Positions 28,337 through 32,000 of a DNA stretch of 32,000 nt are shown here, in pieces. The stretch comes from Candidatus Saccharimonadota bacterium (GTDB lineage Bacteria > Patescibacteriota > Gracilibacteria > Absconditabacterales > Absconditicoccaceae). The position numbers and the translations under genes are program-made. Where the stretch lies: positions 1,075,294-1,107,293 of the forward strand of contig OZ246420.1 of the NCBI GenBank assembly GCA_965231145.1, written 5' to 3'. Positions within the stretch are counted from its first letter, which is position 1, and each line of letters starts with the position of its first letter. The notes under the pieces were generated by a model. It did not search any database. It worked only from the letters and a program-made list of their open reading frames with translations, and was not told where the DNA came from.

Positions 28337-29887
28337 TTATACATTTTCTACAAACATCGTTTTGCTTCTATATTGCATAGCTTCTGCAATGTGGGGTACA
28401 CCGACAATTTCTACTCATTCGACATCTGCTATAGTACGGGCAAGCTTGAGCATACGATGGATGACGCGTCAAGACAAATGGAGTTTTTTTGCAGCTTGTT
28501 TCAGGAAATTTTCTGCTTGTTCATCGAGAACTATGTACTTTTGAATTTCCTTAGACGTTACTCATGCATTAGAAAAAATACCGGTTCCTACATATCTTTT
28601 TTGTTGTATCTCCCAGGCATGCATTACTTTTTCACGTAATAATTCAGAGCTTACTCACTGGATCTTTTCAAAGAGCGTATCGACATTTTCACGTGGTATC
28701 TCTAGAATCATATCAATCCTATCCAGCAGTGGTCATGAGATCTTCGACTGATAACGTTTAATATCAAGCAATCAACAAACACATGATTTTTCAGGATCTT
28801 TATAGTAGCCACACTTACATGGATTCATCGCAGAGATAAACATAAAATGCGCAGGATACCAGACTGATCACGCTGCACGAGAGATCGTTATCTGTTTGTC
28901 TTCTATGGGCTGACGAAGCACCTCCAAGACTTCACGTGGAAACTCAGGAAGCTCGTCGAAAAAGAGTATTCACTTATGGGCAAGCGACACTTCTCATGGT
29001 TGCAGGCTGGCTCATCATCATATGATAGACACTTTACTCGCTGTATGATGCACCGGACGAAAAGGGCGCTGCGTCACTAAGGGTTGCTCCTTGCTTAACT
29101 TTCCGACGATAGAATAAATCTGTGAGACTTCTATCATTTCATCGAAATGAAGCGGCGGTAAGATAGACTGAAGGGCATGTGAGAGCAGCGTCTTTCATGA
29201 GCCTGGAGCGCCGACCATGAGCACATTGTGTCATCCAGCGGCAGCGATAGCAAGCGCGCGCTTTGCAACAAGATGTCACTTGATGCTACTAAAATCTACT
29301 GGGAATGTTGTAGCGCTTGTAGCAAGATCACTGAGAGATTTTGTAGTAACGAACGGCTCTCTTTTCTTTCCTGCAATAAAAAATTCTATGAGTTCAGCAA
29401 AGGTAGAGAGCGGATAGATCGTAATTCATTGGATATATTCTAACTCATATATATTGTCGCTGGGGATGAAGAAGATCGTATATCCTCTTTTCATGGCTGC
29501 GATAACTGCAGGCAAAAGACCCGTAATTCTTCTGACGGATCCGTCGAGTCAAAGTTCACCAAAGAAAAGAGTTTCTGCAAGAGTTGCTTCATGATGGATA
29601 TGTTCACTAATAAGAAAAAGTATCGCTGCAGCCATGGGCAGATCAAACTGGGTTCATACTTTTTTGATATCAGACGGTGCTAAGTTGAGAATGATTTTCC
29701 TGGGCGGAAGCTCGACGCCGGCATTACGAAACGTAGCACGCAAACGTTCTTTCGACTCCTTAATAGCCGCATCGGGCAGTCATATAATTTCTATAGTTGG
29801 AATCGCCTTATTACTATCTGCCTCTATGGTGATCTCGTGACCCTCAAGTCCAAAAGTAGCAAATGTTTTGACATATGACTGTGGCAT
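28337..29887 (-). CDS. comM: ComM/YifB-family Mg-chelatase-like AAA+ ATPase
   Basis: The 516-codon frame is recovered with ~19 TGA codons read as Gly. Motifs are [53 protein letters not shown] (Walker A), [29 protein letters not shown] and [11 protein letters not shown]. It has no in-frame CGA or CGG. Confidence 0.9.
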
Positions 29888-30009
29888 CTGTTTTTGTTTT
29901 GGAAAAATAAATTGTCTCTCATCGTAGAAATTGAACCATGCGTTACAAGAGAGGAGACGAGAATAGTCTGGAGAATATTATTTTATAAAAATATGATTTT
30001 TTTCTTAAC

Positions 30010-30500
30010 AAAAAAGAGCCCGGAGAACCCGGGCCCTACTGAGGCTTTCAAACATGGTTCGCGTGTTGCGGACCTTTAGGGTAGCCGGAAAGGCCCCCAT
30101 GAAGTCTGCGTAGCACGCCTAGAAAGTAATGCATAAACAAATGCCCCTCGCACATGATCGAATTAGGCGCATTACTTATCTACTACTGAACCCCTCAGTA
30201 AAAACAGAAAGCTATCTGAAGTCAGCTGTTACGCACTGATTATAGGAATGGCTGCTTCCAAGCCAACCTCCTCCAGGTCATTGCTTTCGCACTTATGCAA
30301 TAAACATTAGTTCACCGTTTTACCGCGACATGCTGGCACGATGAAAAGGGTGGGTTCCCATTTTAAATGCAAAGTTGTAAGCCAACTACATCCCTTTTTT
30401 GCCCCTAATGTTTAGCCAAAAACTTATCGGGCTTGTCCGCGTGGTGTCGGATCAGTATTTTCATACCAATTTCGGCCTCTCTTTTTTCGCTCGCCACTAC
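30010..30500 (-). ncRNA. GC-rich structured non-coding RNA(s), identity unresolved; RNase P RNA is one weak candidate
   Basis: There is no credible ORF. Local GC is far above background: 37 of 60 bases are G or C in 30061-30120. The minus-strand terminator is GCCCGG-GTTCT-CCGGGC plus TCTTTTTTG at 30010-30034. Perfect nested helices pair 30037-30044 with 30193-30200 (8 bp), 30125-30132 with 30169-30176 (8 bp), and 30053-30057 with 30097-30101. Short matches to RNase P conserved regions (GCGGUAAAAC, AGUGCGUAACAG, GAGGGGUUCA, CGAACCAUGUUU) are present, but I could not build a convincing P4 helix or motif order. Confidence 0.45.
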
Positions 30501-30612
30501 TTAAAGAGCAATGATAGTTATTCAGCTGTAGGAAATAATAGGATTGTTTATAGTATTTGCAATATCTTGTTTTCGGCCAATAAATCAGTATGTTTTCGTA
30601 CGATTTTAATTT

Positions 30613-31563
30613 GTGAAAATGAGTGAAATGGCTGATATTATAGTATTGGGACATAAGTCTCCAGACACTGATGCAATTTGTTCTGCGCTCGTATGGGCAC
30701 AATACCTAAAGGACCAAGGAGTAGATGCACAGGCAATCAGACTTGGAGAACCAAACAATGAGACAACATATGTACTGGAAAAAGCTGGGGTAGCGCTTCC
30801 TGAGTTTCTTACTGAGCTTCCGGAAGGACAAAAAATTGTGCTTACTGACCACAATGAAGCGGGACAGAGTATCAACAACAGAGGAAGCTACAAGATCGTT
30901 GGTATTGTCGATCATCATAAGATTGCTGATCTTGAGACAAGCGAACCTATTGCTATGAGAATCGAACCCGTAGGATGTGCGTGTACTGTTATCTATGCCA
31001 TCTTCAAAGAAAAAGGATACACACCAAATGCGAATATCGCTCGTCTTATGGTCTCTGCTATTATTTCTGATACGCTCTATTTCAGATCTCCAACCACAAC
31101 AGCATTTGATCGCCAAGCAATAGAAGAGCTCAATAAGATTGCAGCCATAACGAATCTTGAAGCATATTCTATGGAGATGTTTAACGCAAAGTCAGACCTC
31201 GGAGATATCACTATCAGAGATCTTGTCATGATGGACTACAAAACATTTGAATCGGGAGGAAAGAAGTTTGGAGCTGGAACTGTTGAGACAACAAACCCAG
31301 CGTTTGCTCTTGGTAAGAAAGCGGAGATCGTAGCAAAACTCAATGAACTTAAAACAGAGCAATCTCTCGACTTTATCATGCTCTCTGTAGTAGATATCTT
31401 ACAGGAGAAAAATATTTCTATCATCGCCAATGAGCATGATGCGCACATCGTACAGGAGGTGTTTAGTGCTGAAACTCACGATGGACTTGCAGATCTCGGC
31501 AACAGACTCTCAAGAAAGAAACAAATTGCAGCCCCACTCTCAGAGTACTTTATGAATCACTAA
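30613..31563 (+). CDS. ppaC: Manganese-dependent inorganic pyrophosphatase (family II, DHH/DHHA2)
   Basis: IIVLGHKSPDTDAICSA, VLTDHNE, IVDHHKI, SAIISDTLYFRSPTTT and SRKKQIAAPL are collinear with Bacillus PpaC. The true start may be the Met at 30628 (MADIIVLGH). It has no TGA, CGA or CGG codon. Confidence 0.92.
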   Translation: MKMSEMADIIVLGHKSPDTDAICSALVWAQYLKDQGVDAQAIRLGEPNNETTYVLEKAGVALPEFLTELPEGQKIVLTDHNEAGQSINNRGSYKIVGIVDHHKIADLETSEPIAMRIEPVGCACTVIYAIFKEKGYTPNANIARLMVSAIISDTLYFRSPTTTAFDRQAIEELNKIAAITNLEAYSMEMFNAKSDLGDITIRDLVMMDYKTFESGGKKFGAGTVETTNPAFALGKKAEIVAKLNELKTEQSLDFIMLSVVDILQEKNISIIANEHDAHIVQEVFSAETHDGLADLGNRLSRKKQIAAPLSEYFMNH

Positions 31564-31570
31564 TTTCTCT

Positions 31571-31840
31571 ATGACATATTTTATCATGTATATGCTTCTT
31601 ATCAACATTGCAACATTTGCTGTGCGATGAATAGATAAGCGAAAGGCTTCTAAGGAAAAACGAAGAGTTCCAGAAAAGCATTTACTTATCCTTGCTGCGG
31701 CAGGAGGGCGGATTTGAGCAGCAATCGGCGTCCAATACTTCAGACACAAAACAGTAAAAACAAGTTTTGCATGGAGGCTATGGTGAATCGTGATTGCATG
31801 GGTTGTGCTTTCTTTCGTGCTCTTATATCAATTACAGTAA
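31571..31840 (+). CDS. DUF1294-family small membrane protein
   Basis: The 89-codon frame reads MTYFIMYMLLINIATFAV-x-G-IDK-x-KASKEK-x-RVPEKHLLILAAAGG-x-I-G-AAIGVQYFRHKTVKTSF, where x is CGA or CGG and G is TGA. It matches the family pattern (Y)G.DK..A....WR.PE..L..L...GGW.GA......RHKT.K..F. Confidence 0.8.
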
Positions 31841-31845
31841 TTAAG

Positions 31846-31872
31846 AAACCTCTCCGCCGGGAGGTTTTTATA
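31846..31872 (+). terminator. Rho-independent terminator after the DUF1294 gene
   Basis: AACCTCTCC-GCC-GGGAGGTT followed by TTTAT, starting 7 nt after the stop codon. Confidence 0.7.
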
Positions 31873-32000
31873 TTATTCTTTTTTCTTGGAAAATATTTAT
31901 TTTTTCACGTTTCACTGGGAGTTGCTTTTTGGCATATCCCCAAAAAGTAACCAAAAAGGTCTAGCCGATTTTAGTGCATACGGACTGACTTGTTATTCAT

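Noticed and set aside
30010-30500. A firm call of this RNA as RNase P RNA, tmRNA or SRP RNA.
   Set aside because: Only short motif matches are present. There is no tmRNA acceptor/T-arm or tag ORF, no SRP GGAA-tetraloop helix 8, and the RNase P P4 helix and motif order are not convincingly recovered. It stays an unresolved structured RNA pending a covariance-model search.

Overview
The window fits a bacterium with a recoded genetic code, consistent with the Gracilibacteria/Absconditabacteria part of the candidate phyla radiation. The supplied ORF track uses the standard code and breaks most genes into fragments. Reading in-frame TGA as glycine joins the fragments into complete, conserved proteins. 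TGA falls on invariant Gly residues in MurG (GGTGGH), XerC/D (GKG), TyrRS (DQWGN), KsgA (EIGPG), the ComM Walker A motif (GSGKT), TrmD, ComEC and ribosomal proteins L2, L3, L22 and S10.

Gene content, left to right:
- Minus-strand S10 ribosomal operon (rplP', rpsC, rplV, rpsS, rplB, rplW, rplD, rplC, rpsJ), preceded by tuf and a tRNA-Phe/Ile/Pro cluster.
- ASCH-methyltransferase fusion, FNR-like reductase, trmD and tyrS.
- A four-helix-bundle (Avd / 23S IVS-like) gene flanked by inverted heptad repeats, then ksgA.
- A 1122-aa S-layer candidate with SLH-like repeats.
- An unusual tRNA(CCG).
- A minus-strand block of a lamin-tail-domain protein, a CsaB-like pyruvyl transferase and a short ComEC.
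- A disordered membrane protein, xerC and three small proteins: two with signal peptides that share a duplicated promoter region, and each of the three followed by its own terminator.
- comF, tRNA-Val, murG, a membrane protein and comM.
- About 0.5 kb of GC-rich structured non-coding RNA.
- ppaC and a DUF1294 gene.

The most notable signal is evidence for a second recoding, CGA/CGG read as Trp. A Trp-type tRNA carries anticodon CCG. CGA/CGG codons sit at conserved Trp/aromatic positions in DUF1294 and MurG. These codons are absent from tuf, tyrS, trmD, ppaC and comM. No CRISPR array, rRNA gene or clear transposon was seen.
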